Part shown: piece after piece, positions 1 through 11,197 of the stretch
How the letters are laid out: every line of letters begins with the position of its first letter
Position numbering within the stretch: the stretch's first letter is position 1
Assembly (NCBI GenBank): GCA_964057225.1
Contig: OZ059895.1
Coordinates: 6,448,001-6,512,000, forward strand
Length of the DNA: 64,000 nucleotides
Reading direction: 5' to 3'
DNA from: Auanema rhodensis
Taxonomy: Eukaryota > Animalia > Nematoda
Made by a program: the position numbers and the translations under genes
The notes under the pieces: generated by a model
Database searches by the model: none
What the model was told of the DNA's origin: nothing
Seen by the model: the letters and a program-made list of their open reading frames with translations, nothing else

Positions 1-337
1 GCTTCGATAGGAACCTGTTCAAATCATTTACATGAATACACTTAATGACCGATACATCTGATGATCACGTTGTGCCATATCCAAAATGTGAAAATCATCT
101 CTCTCTGTTTAGACACCCACTCATTTACCCTTTTTCTCATTTATCATTTAGCCGTGAAATAGACGAATTTTCTATTTTTTCACGTTTACAGGACTTCTTA
201 AGATATTATAACCACAGAGATAGGTGAAATAAAGATAAATGAGGCATTAGAGAGAGAGGGGAGAGTACACGAAAGTTTTCGACAAATTCGGAAAAAAATG
301 AATGAAATTGAATAAATGTTTGAAAGTGCAAGTGATA

Positions 338-354
338 TAGAGAGAAAGATAGAG

Positions 355-415
<61 letters not shown>
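338..415. repeat. (GA)n microsatellite
   Basis: Direct inspection; a similar tract lies at about 1423-1464. Confidence 0.9.
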
Positions 416-1418
416 GATCTTCACTTCTAGAGGTGCTATGAGAATGATAACAGTTTAAGCGCCAATTGGCGATTTGGCTCCAGACTGTCGCTTGTCCTCC
501 ACAATTAGCGTTCTGACCGTCTTTAGTCAGTCAAGCAATGAACAAACCAACTGGACAACCAACCCTAGAGAACACTGGAACCTGTTCATAGTTTATCGAT
601 AGCAGAAAAAGAAGCAAAAGATTAAGGAGAAAGCACGAATGTATGGGAAGTTCATTTCACTCCAATACGTAGAATAATTGATTTTCGTCTGCTGTTCATA
701 TAATTTTATCGGAAGTGAGATAACAATAAAATGCTCCAGAAACAAACTTAAAACTTAGAAACTGTATTCAAAGACAAGATATGGATGAATGGCATATAAG
801 CTGGTTGCCAAGACAAGTAAACAGAAAAAACTGAAAATCATTTGATACAGAAAGAAAGTTATTACGAAACATTAGGAACATTTTCGTCTTAAGTTTGGTG
901 ATCCATGTATGGCCTTGCATTCCAAAGCACATGCCCTCAACACATCTCAAACATTAACTGTAAGAACTAGCTGAGGATAATCATCAGATCCCTGTGAAAG
1001 GAAGAGTGACAACCAGAAAAGTTGGTTCAAAGGGAAAATAGCGAGGAAAAAGGATAATTAGCGAAAAGTATGGAAATCCGTCACTGTCATCAACTCAACT
1101 TCAGCTTAAGCTGGTTCAAAAAAAAAGTTTTTCAAATAATAAGAAGAAAAACGATAAAACAGTGATGAGAGTGTCCAAAGCATATCCTCACGGCTACGGC
1201 GCCAAGATGCCTTCGATGAACAATCATGTTTTTACGCCATTTGAGGACAGCAAAACCAGAAGATAAAAGTGGCCACTTGGTGGTACACAATCTACTTGTG
1301 GATAGCTACACAGAACAAAATATTTTTTTTCTTTATGAGACAAAAAACATGGATAAGCAAGTGTGAAAAAGAGAGGAAGAAGGAAGAGAAATCAATCGAG
1401 CACATATAAAGAGAGAAT

Positions 1419-1465
<47 letters not shown>

Positions 1466-4248
1466 TTGAAGAGTTCGTAGAAGAAAAGCAGCATAGGAAG
1501 ATATACAGTAAAGACAGCTGATGATGATGTTGATGAATACTACCAACTTAAGTGAGAAGTTCTGGTTATTCCTTATTGACTTGACACCCATTATTCTCAA
1601 ACAACAGATTAAGTTGTCATTCGAGTAAGTTACCATATTTAGAAAATAAATAATGCTTGATATGCTCATAAGGTTATAAAATAACAATAAAGCATAGGCA
1701 AGTTTTAAAATAACAAAAAAATCAATTAATATTTAATTAAAAACGCAAAAACAAGCTTGAAGTTTGATAAAATAATTTGTGAATATTAATTAGATTATAT
1801 AATAGAAAATTATAATATTATAGTTAAATATTGAATAAGAATGAAAGATAAATACTAATGTAAATACATTTTCAACACATAAATTACTCTATTTTCTTAT
1901 TTAATTTATTGAATTTTACTAAAACTTTACTTTTCTCAAACTTTTTTTTTCATTTTCTCCTCCATCTTATTGTCTTCATCAACTCTCACATATCGTATAT
2001 TGAACCGGTTTTATTAGAAAAACGCATGTTGTTATGTGGTTTTTCTTGCAGTAACTAACTATTCAAAATGTCCCAATATCAGCAACGCCAATGACCAACT
2101 TGAGCTAAACGGGTATCAAATAGCCGAGATTCCTTCCGATAATCGACTGGAATTCATTTCATACTCACACATACACCCTCTATATATCTCTTACTATATC
2201 TCTCTTTGTCTCTTTTATAATAAATTTATAAAGCTAAAAATAAAGAAAAGTCATTAAGAAAATATTGAATAGCTTAGAAAATAGAGGGAGCAACATATAA
2301 CGTTCGTGATCTATAACTGTAGATCTTATTCAAGTTCATCTCTCTCTCTCTCTTTCTTTCTCTCTCTGTCTATCTATCTCTCTCTCTCTTTCTCTTCTTC
2401 ATAATCTCGCTTCATAGTTTGTTCTTCATTCAAGTCATTCAAAACATTGATACGCCTTTCGCCCTTTTTCTTTTCATTCAACCCTTCCTTGTCTTTATAT
2501 CTCTTTGGTCTTCAATTACCTATCTGGATTGAGCGGGTTCGAACAAGAGAATAGCTAAAAACAAGAAATATTTATAAATATCAAAGAAAGAACAAGCATA
2601 TTCTATTTGAATTAATATAAGATATGATTTAAGTTGAACTATTATTCAAAAAATATTTTAAAATCTTAAATATAATGAATTTTTGACCAAAAATGAATCA
2701 CAAAATATTTAACATAACTATATCTTAATATTCATATATAATATCTTTATTATATATATATATATATAGTTTATACTATATTTATATAATTTTTTTTAAA
2801 AACTTTTTTATTTCAAAAACTTAATCCAAGTTTTAAGTTTAAACATATATAATTGAAAAGTGAAAATCTTTTCAACGCATAATCATTAATCATTTGGTTT
2901 TAAAAAAAATTAAATTATTTGATTCAAATGAATGAATAAAGGAAAAACGAGTAAAAAAAAGGTTATCTCTAAGTGAAGATTTTTAATGAAAAAAAAAAAA
3001 GTTTGATGAACCGGATATTTCTTTTTTTAAATTAAAAATAATTTTAACCAGATATAAGAGGATTAATTATTATTATTTTTAAAATAATTTTAAAATTGTT
3101 CAAAGTCTAATAACGTTTGTTATTGTTTTCAAAAAACATTTATTAATTTAATTTTAATAAAAAAAAAAGAAGAAAATTACACATTTGTCATCATTATTCC
3201 AAAAATAAATGAACTTTTTTGTAAAAAAAAGAGAAAAGAAAAGAGAAAATGAAATTAAATATTGAAAAGATAATCAAACATATCATTCATTATATTTAAA
3301 TTTAAAAAGAAAAATGTTTTAACAGTAGAAAATATAAATTTATAGAAAATCGCTAGTCATCGTCTGATAGCTGAGCTCCAGGGGCCTCAACTTCAGGGAG
3401 CTGAGCTCTAGCTGTGACTGATAACATACATTAGCATGTTCTGAGAATTGTAGTAGAAATCATTCGACGATGCGTTCAGAAGCTCAAGATCACAAAAGCG
3501 AGCGTCTGCGAGGTCAGTATCAACGTGAAGCTGATAGCAGCATCCGCGTGACCAGATAAACGACAAGATTCAGAATCCATGTATCTACTATCTGTTCTCT
3601 CTCTTCGTTGCTATGATGTCTTATCCTTTTGAGAAAACAGAAACTTTGAAAGGGAAAGCTCGTTCTTCTCTCTGCTTCTCTCTCCATTCTACATTCTTTA
3701 TCAGTCGCTTATCCCTTTTCCTTTAAAGTGAAACTTCATTTCACTCTTCATCGCCATCATCGTCCATCTGTCTCTCCATCAGTCCACTCTTACCGTTCAT
3801 GTGTCCGTCCATCCATCGTACTTCTTCCATAGCAAGTGCTGGTGGTCGCTGTTGAAACATCGTTCTCATCAATGTCTTCGTGTTATCAAATGCTATCTAA
3901 TCATCAGTTTACAAAGTATTCCGATGAATATACCGGATAGCATAGATCACAACGGAACGAAGACGGATTTTCCTGTTTTGCTACTTTCATCTTAGCCATT
4001 TCTCTTTTTCTCTCATTATCTTATTTAAACGTCCATCACACATTCAAACATATTCTATCAAATTCCAACAAGAACAGGGTCAACTTGGTCGTCATCATCT
4101 TCATCACTAGCCTCCTCCTCCTCATTGTCGTTGATGTCATCATCATCATCTTCAAAATATCTTGTTCATTTCAGTCTTATGATCCGTTTAAAGTCGGCAA
4201 CATTAGAAAAGTTGAAACTGATAGTGATAGGTGGTAGTGTGAAACATC

Positions 4249-4254
4249 AAAAAC
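4249..4254 (+). repeat. Target-site duplication, left copy (AAAAAC)
   Basis: Same hexamer at 21011-21016; 6-bp TSDs are typical of Polintons. Confidence 0.93.
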
Positions 4255-4615
4255 AGTAGTATAGGAACGAGGGATTATAATACCATTTTCGACATTTCAG
4301 TCATTTCAACACATTTTCATTCTCTGATGTCAGAGAATCAACTCATTTACAACACTTTTTTGAAAAAAAGTGAGAAGTAAGTGAATTTTTGAAGCACTAA
4401 AAAGTGCTTATCTTTAATAATTTTTATACATTTTCGATCAATTTTCTGTTGAGATGTCGATTTCATTTTTAATTTCCTATTTTCATGTTTAAATGCGCAA
4501 AAAATGTATCATTTTCACACTTTTTAGAAAATCAGTGGATGTCGATGGATGTCGATTTTAAAAAGGAAGTGGTATTATCTCTGAAGATAAAAATATTGGT
4601 TAATAAATGAAATTC
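4255..4615 (+). repeat. Left terminal inverted repeat (361 bp)
   Basis: Base-by-base reverse complement of 20650-21010; no mismatch found by eye. Confidence 0.97.
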
Positions 4616-5068
4616 GATAAATCCAGAGGATCTGAGAATCTAAGATTCGATAAACATTTGAAGCCATTAACAAATCTCGATCTTCTTGCTTTAGTAGAAA
4701 TACTTCAGTTAAAGAATTTCAGAGGTATCTTCATGAGAGACACTTTACCACCACAAGGAATTAAAGAAAAAGAAGTAGGTATTGTCAATCTAGATTCTTC
4801 AGATGGTAAAGGTACTCATTGGGTCTGCTATTCCAAGGACTCCAAGAATAAGGATATTTATTACTTTGATTCCTTTGGATTAGATCCACCATTAGAACTT
4901 CAAGAATATTTGAAAACCTCAAAAGAGGAAAATAAAAAATCAGTCATCGAGTTATCAACATTTCGAATTCAAGAATTCGGAACACATCACTGTGGTTATT
5001 ATTGTTTGTTACTTCTAAAATTATTAGAATCTTATGATTATCAAAAGTCAGTAATTGGTCTGATGTGA
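4607..5068 (+). CDS. Adenain-like cysteine protease (Maverick PRO, capsid maturation)
   Basis: Motifs GTHWVCY (His), YYFDSFG (Asp), Q-x5-HCGYYC (oxyanion Gln, Cys). The ATG lies inside the TIR. Overlaps the pPolB 3' end by 28 bp on the opposite strand. Confidence 0.93.
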   Translation: MKFDKSRGSENLRFDKHLKPLTNLDLLALVEILQLKNFRGIFMRDTLPPQGIKEKEVGIVNLDSSDGKGTHWVCYSKDSKNKDIYYFDSFGLDPPLELQEYLKTSKEENKKSVIELSTFRIQEFGTHHCGYYCLLLLKLLESYDYQKSVIGLM

Positions 5069-8000
5069 ATACCATCATCCATTACAACACCTTTTGGATA
5101 CACCGGAGATAAACCAGTTTTATTTAATTCATAAGTCTTCATTGACTTATCAATGAACCTGAATCCTTTATTTTCTCCAATTATCAACTCATTATTCATT
5201 AAGCAAGCTAAGTATTTCTCTTTTACCAAGATATCACTATTTCTACCCTTTTGAACTCCTTTAGCAGACATTTTATTTTCATGCTCATTCCAAACAAAGT
5301 AAATCTTACTATTCAATGCAATCATTCCATCACCTTCAAATTCAACTTTAAATAATCCTGGTGTTCGTTTATCGAATGCTTTGAACTTCTCATCATCCCT
5401 AGGGAAAAATTTATATTTGTTCTCTTCGAATTCTTTTCTGAGATGAGGTTTAATCAGACTTTCAAAATCTGCAGCAAGAGCCATATATGATGAATCTGTA
5501 TCCATTTCTAATCGTTGATAATCTTCCCTAGGTATAAAATAATCAATGCAATCATAATTGAATTGCAACATTCTCAACTTAGAATCATCGTACACACTAC
5601 AAGCAATTTGAATTGGCATGTTTTGCTTAACTTTTTTCGATTTCTTAACCACTTCATATGTTCCATTTCTATGTTTATTTTTATCCATTCCAGTTACTCC
5701 AAAGGCAGAATTTCCGACTAATTTAGCTCCTTCAGAAATTATAGCGTACTTTTGATCAACATCTCCTTTACGTCTTTCATCAGATACCCAATTCATAAAA
5801 TCTTTGAAAACTCTCCCTCTTTTAGCTTCTATGACTCCATGTAATTTTGTAACAATACAACCATGTTCCAACATCCACCTCAATCTTGTAGATTTGATAA
5901 GAATTTTTTCAGCTTTTAGAATAGTAACAAGCTTTTTACTTTTAGAAGGTTTTCTATCCAACGATTTTATAACTTTATTAGTATATTCACCACAAACGCT
6001 TTCATCATACTCTTTATTTACAAATATAGGACTTAATTCACCAAAATATTCCCATTTATCTTCTGGCACCTCAATATCTACTTCTAAAAATCCAAAAAAT
6101 GGGGATGTATTACTCATCAAACTCTTTTCATAAAACGAAAAATCATTTTTTTCTTCAAAATATAGTTTTCCACAAGGCATTTCTTCTCCAAGACACCATA
6201 AATATAATGCATTAGCATCAAATCCAAGTATTTTCTTGACTACGTTTCCTTCTTTATCATAATACCATTCTTTTTTATCTTGATCGTAGTGTACTCTAGT
6301 AATTTGTGTTTTATCTTTTTCATGATATCTATGAAATACTATTGAAGCTCCACCAGTTATATTATTTTTGAATTTATAAAATGCTTCTTTGTTCTCTTCT
6401 CCGAAAAGCCAAATCATAGGATGATCTTTTTCCCATCTTAATAGAGCTTTATGTCTGTAAAACTCTTTGAACAATTTCTTGGACCTTGCTTTATTGCAAG
6501 AAATACAACATGCAACGCAATTATCTTTTGTATGACTCTTGGAACAATCAAGTCTATCTAGGGACCAAGTATCTTCCTTCAAACAGAACCAACAATAGAA
6601 ACATTTATAATTTTCTCTTTTCAAGATGTCAACGACGTCTTCAACTTGTAAAATATCATCTGTCGATCTATTTGATTCTTTATCTTGCTTATAATAGTTA
6701 TAAATTCTTTTTTCTAGAATATCTTCATATATACTTAAAGTGTAATAAGTTTTGGGAGATCTTTGTTTTAGGTACTCTTCAAAACCTTGAATTTGGAATT
6801 GATACAAAATATGTTCACTCAAACCTGGCAGAGAAACTGCATCTTTATACATATCTAAATTGAAAGTGTAGAAGAATTCTTTCTGTTTCAAGCAAGCCTT
6901 CAATAAGGGTCGTACATCTAAGTTATTATACCACTCTAACAAATCTCTGACTTTAGTTAATCTTCTTTCATTACAAATTTTCATCAAAGTAGTGAAATCT
7001 TCTTCTTTCATGTGTTTATTTTTTAAAGAAGAATAGAAATCTTTGATTTTTAAATCTTTCGTCGGAAAATCTAACTTTTCATAACTATCAAACCATTCAT
7101 AAGGAAACCATCCTTTTTGTTCTCCAACATCGTAAGCTTTGAATAATTTCTCTAATGTTGTTCCAGCAGCACAATACCCCATTTGATCAAGAAATATAAA
7201 GTTATTCGTTTTTATTACTTTATATCGATTACTACCTTCTTTTATAATGAAAGGATTTTTACATCTTTCAATTATTTCACTCATAAAACCTTGATCAGCT
7301 GCTAAATTTATATCATAACCTCCACTATTGAATCCAATAATAGGAACAACAGAACAATATTGTTCTACTAGTTTCAGATTATTATAATCTTCCGCATCTT
7401 CTAATATATCTAACAATGGTGACATTTTTTCAATCATCAAATCTCCAGCTTTTTTAGATATATCATCAAAACATTTGAACATTTGTTTTATTAGGTCTCT
7501 AGGATTTTCTGATAATATGAATCTCTCCTTTTCGAATTCTGGTACATTGGAAGTTATTGAAACTGAGACTGGTGTGTGTTTACTAATGTAATTCAACTTT
7601 TTATTGTCCTTCACTACCTCTGGGTCTTGTAGATCCTTTACTTCTTCAATGATTTCATTTTTTGACTGAATAGCTTCAAAATCAAACACGACAAGATAAT
7701 CATACCTAAAGTCTACATCAATATCATAATAGTCAGAAAGTTCAACTATTAGATTTCTCTTTTTATTCCACAACTTAGGATATTTAGGAAACACATCGAT
7801 TTGTTCGAGTTGACATGTATCAATATGTCTTTGTAGATTATGATTATCTCTACATTTGAAACCACATCTATTACATAAATAAAGCTTACTCAATTTCTTT
7901 AAATCAGTTATGTATGAGAAGTGATCAAGATATAAATTTAAATAAATAGGTCTTCTTTCTTCATTGAATTTAGATTTTCTGATATAAGAAATACTTTCTT

Positions 8001-9399
8001 CATTTTCTTCACTAATAGGATAAAAACTCACAATATTAACTGCTAGTCCTCGATATATTTCTTCAAAATGATCCAATTCATTCACAAAATCAAATCCAAC
8101 ATATTCTTCGTATTTTCTTTTACCTCTTTTTATACTTTTTTCATAAAATTTTTCAAATATTTCTTTTGATTTTTTCGTGTATCTATCAGTTCTACATCCT
8201 GTAGCTAGTGCGATACAATTAAAGAAACACATATTATTTTCAACATTTTCTAATGAAACAATAGATTTTGAATCTCTAATATAATCAGGCAATTGAATTT
8301 TACTACCAATCGGAAAATCTAATCTAGTGATTTTAACACCCATTCCATAAACTCCAAGAATGATTGTTTTAGAATCTGGTCGACTCTTACTTAAATGCAT
8401 TGTAATAGATTCTTGTGTTATTTTTTGTTTTATATTTCTAAGATCTTCCGCATTTTTCATCAAGACAGGTTTATTAAAGAAATACTCATTTCGACCAGGC
8501 TTGAAAAGATTGACTTCATTATTTCTTTCAGTTACGTATCCGAACATAATATTAAATTTGATAGCTTTGTCTTCTCTTTGATAAGTAACATCTAAGTAAT
8601 GATGAATGTTATCAATCGACTTTACTAAATTAAAGAATGTAGTTTTCAAATACTTACTTTCTCGTTCTTCAGGAAACTTAGATCTTTCTTGATATACTAA
8701 AGTTTTAGCATCTTCGGTGTGATTAGTTTCATTAATTACTAAGTAAGATGAATATTCGTCGTATACTTGACCATAACCCTCCGATTTTTGGGAAGTCGAA
8801 GCACTTGAGTGTTTTGATTGATGCATAACTAATTTAACAAATTTCGATATCACTCCATTTTCTATGTTTTCTTGAGAACTGATGACTTTATTTATTATCT
8901 GTTGAACAACATTTTGAAAGAAAGTATTTCTATTTTCTCCATAATGAAGAATTTGGATTTCACTCGTGATGTCAAAGTCAAATGAAGTACAATCATATTT
9001 ATTAGTATCACTAGTAGTGTTAATCAATTTCTTACATTCCAGATGAAACATTATTCTGATATCACAATCCTTGAAGATATCATTCAATACTAGATTTTCC
9101 TTCTTTTTGAGAAAAGAAGTAAGATTCTTTCTTACAAGAGTATTGTAAAAAGGAAGACCATTAGTTTCGATTGTGTAGAAAATGTTTGGTAATATATTTT
9201 TATCACTCATATTCCTGTAAGCAGTTTTTTTGGAAATGTTATTATCTTTATCTTCCGTATCATTGGTAGAATACTTTAGTATGAATTGTCTCATTTCTTC
9301 TACCTTCATTTTTGTTATTTGATCATTAGTTAATAATAATTTTCTAGCTTTATTAATTATTCTAACTTCTTTACGAAGTTGATCTGTTTCTTTGACCAT
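5041..9399 (-). CDS. Protein-primed family B DNA polymerase (pPolB)
   Basis: Exo motifs FDFEA, GFNSGGYD, WYNNLDV; Pol motifs FDANALY, KLVGNSAFG, MDTDS. Probable vOTU-like C...H region (NMCFFNCIAL...HFSY), Zn finger CNRC...H...C, and an HNH/EndoVII-like insert (CFYC...DRLD...H...NCV..C..CN). First ATG at 9399; the ORF track extends to a TTG at 9426. Confidence 0.96.
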   Translation of the reverse strand: MVKETDQLRKEVRIINKARKLLLTNDQITKMKVEEMRQFILKYSTNDTEDKDNNISKKTAYRNMSDKNILPNIFYTIETNGLPFYNTLVRKNLTSFLKKKENLVLNDIFKDCDIRIMFHLECKKLINTTSDTNKYDCTSFDFDITSEIQILHYGENRNTFFQNVVQQIINKVISSQENIENGVISKFVKLVMHQSKHSSASTSQKSEGYGQVYDEYSSYLVINETNHTEDAKTLVYQERSKFPEERESKYLKTTFFNLVKSIDNIHHYLDVTYQREDKAIKFNIMFGYVTERNNEVNLFKPGRNEYFFNKPVLMKNAEDLRNIKQKITQESITMHLSKSRPDSKTIILGVYGMGVKITRLDFPIGSKIQLPDYIRDSKSIVSLENVENNMCFFNCIALATGCRTDRYTKKSKEIFEKFYEKSIKRGKRKYEEYVGFDFVNELDHFEEIYRGLAVNIVSFYPISEENEESISYIRKSKFNEERRPIYLNLYLDHFSYITDLKKLSKLYLCNRCGFKCRDNHNLQRHIDTCQLEQIDVFPKYPKLWNKKRNLIVELSDYYDIDVDFRYDYLVVFDFEAIQSKNEIIEEVKDLQDPEVVKDNKKLNYISKHTPVSVSITSNVPEFEKERFILSENPRDLIKQMFKCFDDISKKAGDLMIEKMSPLLDILEDAEDYNNLKLVEQYCSVVPIIGFNSGGYDINLAADQGFMSEIIERCKNPFIIKEGSNRYKVIKTNNFIFLDQMGYCAAGTTLEKLFKAYDVGEQKGWFPYEWFDSYEKLDFPTKDLKIKDFYSSLKNKHMKEEDFTTLMKICNERRLTKVRDLLEWYNNLDVRPLLKACLKQKEFFYTFNLDMYKDAVSLPGLSEHILYQFQIQGFEEYLKQRSPKTYYTLSIYEDILEKRIYNYYKQDKESNRSTDDILQVEDVVDILKRENYKCFYCWFCLKEDTWSLDRLDCSKSHTKDNCVACCISCNKARSKKLFKEFYRHKALLRWEKDHPMIWLFGEENKEAFYKFKNNITGGASIVFHRYHEKDKTQITRVHYDQDKKEWYYDKEGNVVKKILGFDANALYLWCLGEEMPCGKLYFEEKNDFSFYEKSLMSNTSPFFGFLEVDIEVPEDKWEYFGELSPIFVNKEYDESVCGEYTNKVIKSLDRKPSKSKKLVTILKAEKILIKSTRLRWMLEHGCIVTKLHGVIEAKRGRVFKDFMNWVSDERRKGDVDQKYAIISEGAKLVGNSAFGVTGMDKNKHRNGTYEVVKKSKKVKQNMPIQIACSVYDDSKLRMLQFNYDCIDYFIPREDYQRLEMDTDSSYMALAADFESLIKPHLRKEFEENKYKFFPRDDEKFKAFDKRTPGLFKVEFEGDGMIALNSKIYFVWNEHENKMSAKGVQKGRNSDILVKEKYLACLMNNELIIGENKGFRFIDKSMKTYELNKTGLSPVYPKGVVMDDGIHIRPITDF

Positions 9400-9501
9400 T
9401 GTTATTTTTAAACTATATGTATTCAACTTATTACTTTTTCAAAATCTAAGAAGGAGCCAACACTTCCTTTTATATAGAAAAATTTTTTTTAAACAAAAAA
9501 T

Positions 9502-9744
9502 TCAAATTTCAGATAACGAAGTTTCTAGTGTAAACACGTCTTTAAACCTCATAATAAAGTCAATCATTTCTTGCTTTTTCATAGTTTGGATTTCCCTAGA
9601 TTTGAGGATGTATTTTCTCAATTCACTTCCAATCATTGCAACTTTTCTACGAACATCATCTCTTTTCATTTTCTTTAGATCTTCTTCACCTAAAGAAAGA
9701 TTTTGGAAACTTACTTTTTGGAAAGCTTCAGTAATTTCTTCCAT
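9502..9744 (-). CDS. Small helical protein resembling the pPolB N-terminal ~45 aa
   Basis: ATG-initiated 80-aa ORF with visible similarity to the pPolB N-terminus (see findings). Confidence 0.7.
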   Translation of the reverse strand: MEEITEAFQKVSFQNLSLGEEDLKKMKRDDVRRKVAMIGSELRKYILKSREIQTMKKQEMIDFIMRFKDVFTLETSLSEI

Positions 9745-9789
9745 TTATAAATACAATAATTTTTTATAAATAAATTACTTTTTCAAAAA

Positions 9790-10770
9790 ATGCCTTCCAC
9801 AATCGAAATCTATGATCCCAAGAAGAGGAATGAAATTGTTCAATCTTTTCTAAAGAGTAGAAAAGAACATCACCTAAAGAATATACAAGAACGCTCCGAC
9901 TTAGAAAACGTAGAAGATCATCGTATAGAAGTATTCAAACCCATACTAGAATCAAATAAGAAACTACAGGAAGAAATTATTGATGAAAAGAATAAGATAG
10001 TTCAAACTCTTAATTCATTTAAAGGATCTCCTTCGGATTCACTTGTGAAATTTAAGGCATTTGATAAAACTAATCAACCACAAATTCTACCACTTCCGGA
10101 AACTCCTACTAAACAAATCCAATCCACACTAAGTAAAACTTCGGAAATCAAAGTTAGTAGTCTAATTGCTACTTATCTCCAAGATCCTAGAGATAAAAGC
10201 AATGCAGGATATTCATTGAGATACGATGCTAGTAATAAAAAGTATACTATTGGAAATAAAGAAGTAATTTTTGATGATAATACAATGGAAATCAATAATT
10301 CTGTTTATATTGCAACTCCTGGTCTTATGGAATTATTAACTAAAAAATCTCCAGATCTCAATAAAATTAAGAATTATGATACTAAAAATTATCGAGAAAT
10401 CTTACTTTGCTCAGATGCACTGTATCAAGGATTTGATAAAAGCCGCAAAAGATATAATGCTGATGCTAGTGATAAATGGAAATTCATTAAAGAGAATTAT
10501 TTTGTAACCAAAAGTCCAGCTACTGTAAGTAGTGTGACAAAAACAGTACAACAAACTTCTCAAGTTTCAGGAAGTTCGATTAATCAAACAATCCTTCTAC
10601 CTTCTAATATTAATGCTCTTATGGATTCATTAAGATTATCAATAGGTTCTTATCAAGCTGGTAATAATGGAGAATTCAACAAGATTCATGCTATTTTAGA
10701 TGAATTAATTCGTAGAAAGAAGATAAAAAAGAAAGATTTACCAAGTATTTATTTAGGTATCGGTCTCTGA
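9790..10770 (+). CDS. Conserved Maverick accessory protein of unknown function
   Basis: 326 aa; ATPGLMELLTKK and C-terminal L-R-L-x-I-G-S-x-x-AGN...I..IL.EL motifs, which I recognise from invertebrate Polinton ORFs. Confidence 0.8.
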   Translation: MPSTIEIYDPKKRNEIVQSFLKSRKEHHLKNIQERSDLENVEDHRIEVFKPILESNKKLQEEIIDEKNKIVQTLNSFKGSPSDSLVKFKAFDKTNQPQILPLPETPTKQIQSTLSKTSEIKVSSLIATYLQDPRDKSNAGYSLRYDASNKKYTIGNKEVIFDDNTMEINNSVYIATPGLMELLTKKSPDLNKIKNYDTKNYREILLCSDALYQGFDKSRKRYNADASDKWKFIKENYFVTKSPATVSSVTKTVQQTSQVSGSSINQTILLPSNINALMDSLRLSIGSYQAGNNGEFNKIHAILDELIRRKKIKKKDLPSIYLGIGL

Positions 10771-10804
10771 CCAAAGCATTTTTCAAATGGGTATTGGTCT
10801 TTAG

Positions 10805-11197
10805 CTAAAGATCTGAATTTGAAAAGTATACATCATATTTTTTATTGAAATCTTTAAAACTTCTGATACGTTGTTTGTCAGATTCAGAGACCTTCGGTAG
10901 AACCTTTGGTTTGTCAAGAAGATCAACCTTTTTACTTTCTACTTTTATTTGTTCTTTTTCAAAGATTCCAGGATCCTTCACTACTTCCAGATCCTTTGAA
11001 TTCGAAAAAGTGAATTTTCCATGAATATCTCTATTTATTTTACTTTTAACACCTTTTTCTTTGTGGACAATGTTCAATTCTTTCATATAATTAGATACTG
11101 TTTTAGATGAAATATTATATTTTCTAGCAAATGAAATCATTGAATTCTGAATGAAATCATAAGAACGCATTAAATCAAGTATTTCTGATTTTTCCAT
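10805..11197 (-). CDS. Putative helix-turn-helix DNA-binding protein
   Basis: 130 aa; N-terminal SMISFARKYNISSKTVSNYMKEL fits an HTH pattern. Confidence 0.65.
   Translation of the reverse strand: MEKSEILDLMRSYDFIQNSMISFARKYNISSKTVSNYMKELNIVHKEKGVKSKINRDIHGKFTFSNSKDLEVVKDPGIFEKEQIKVESKKVDLLDKPKVLPKVSESDKQRIRSFKDFNKKYDVYFSNSDL

Noticed and set aside
206-1687. SLSLSL-type ORFs (also 26975, 27827, 37472, 52179)
   Set aside because: Translations of microsatellites.
5515-9769. Plus-strand ORFs inside or overlapping pPolB (also 11653-11970, 14925-15247, 18600-18824)
   Set aside because: Antisense shadows of long genes; most lack an ATG start and none has recognisable motifs.
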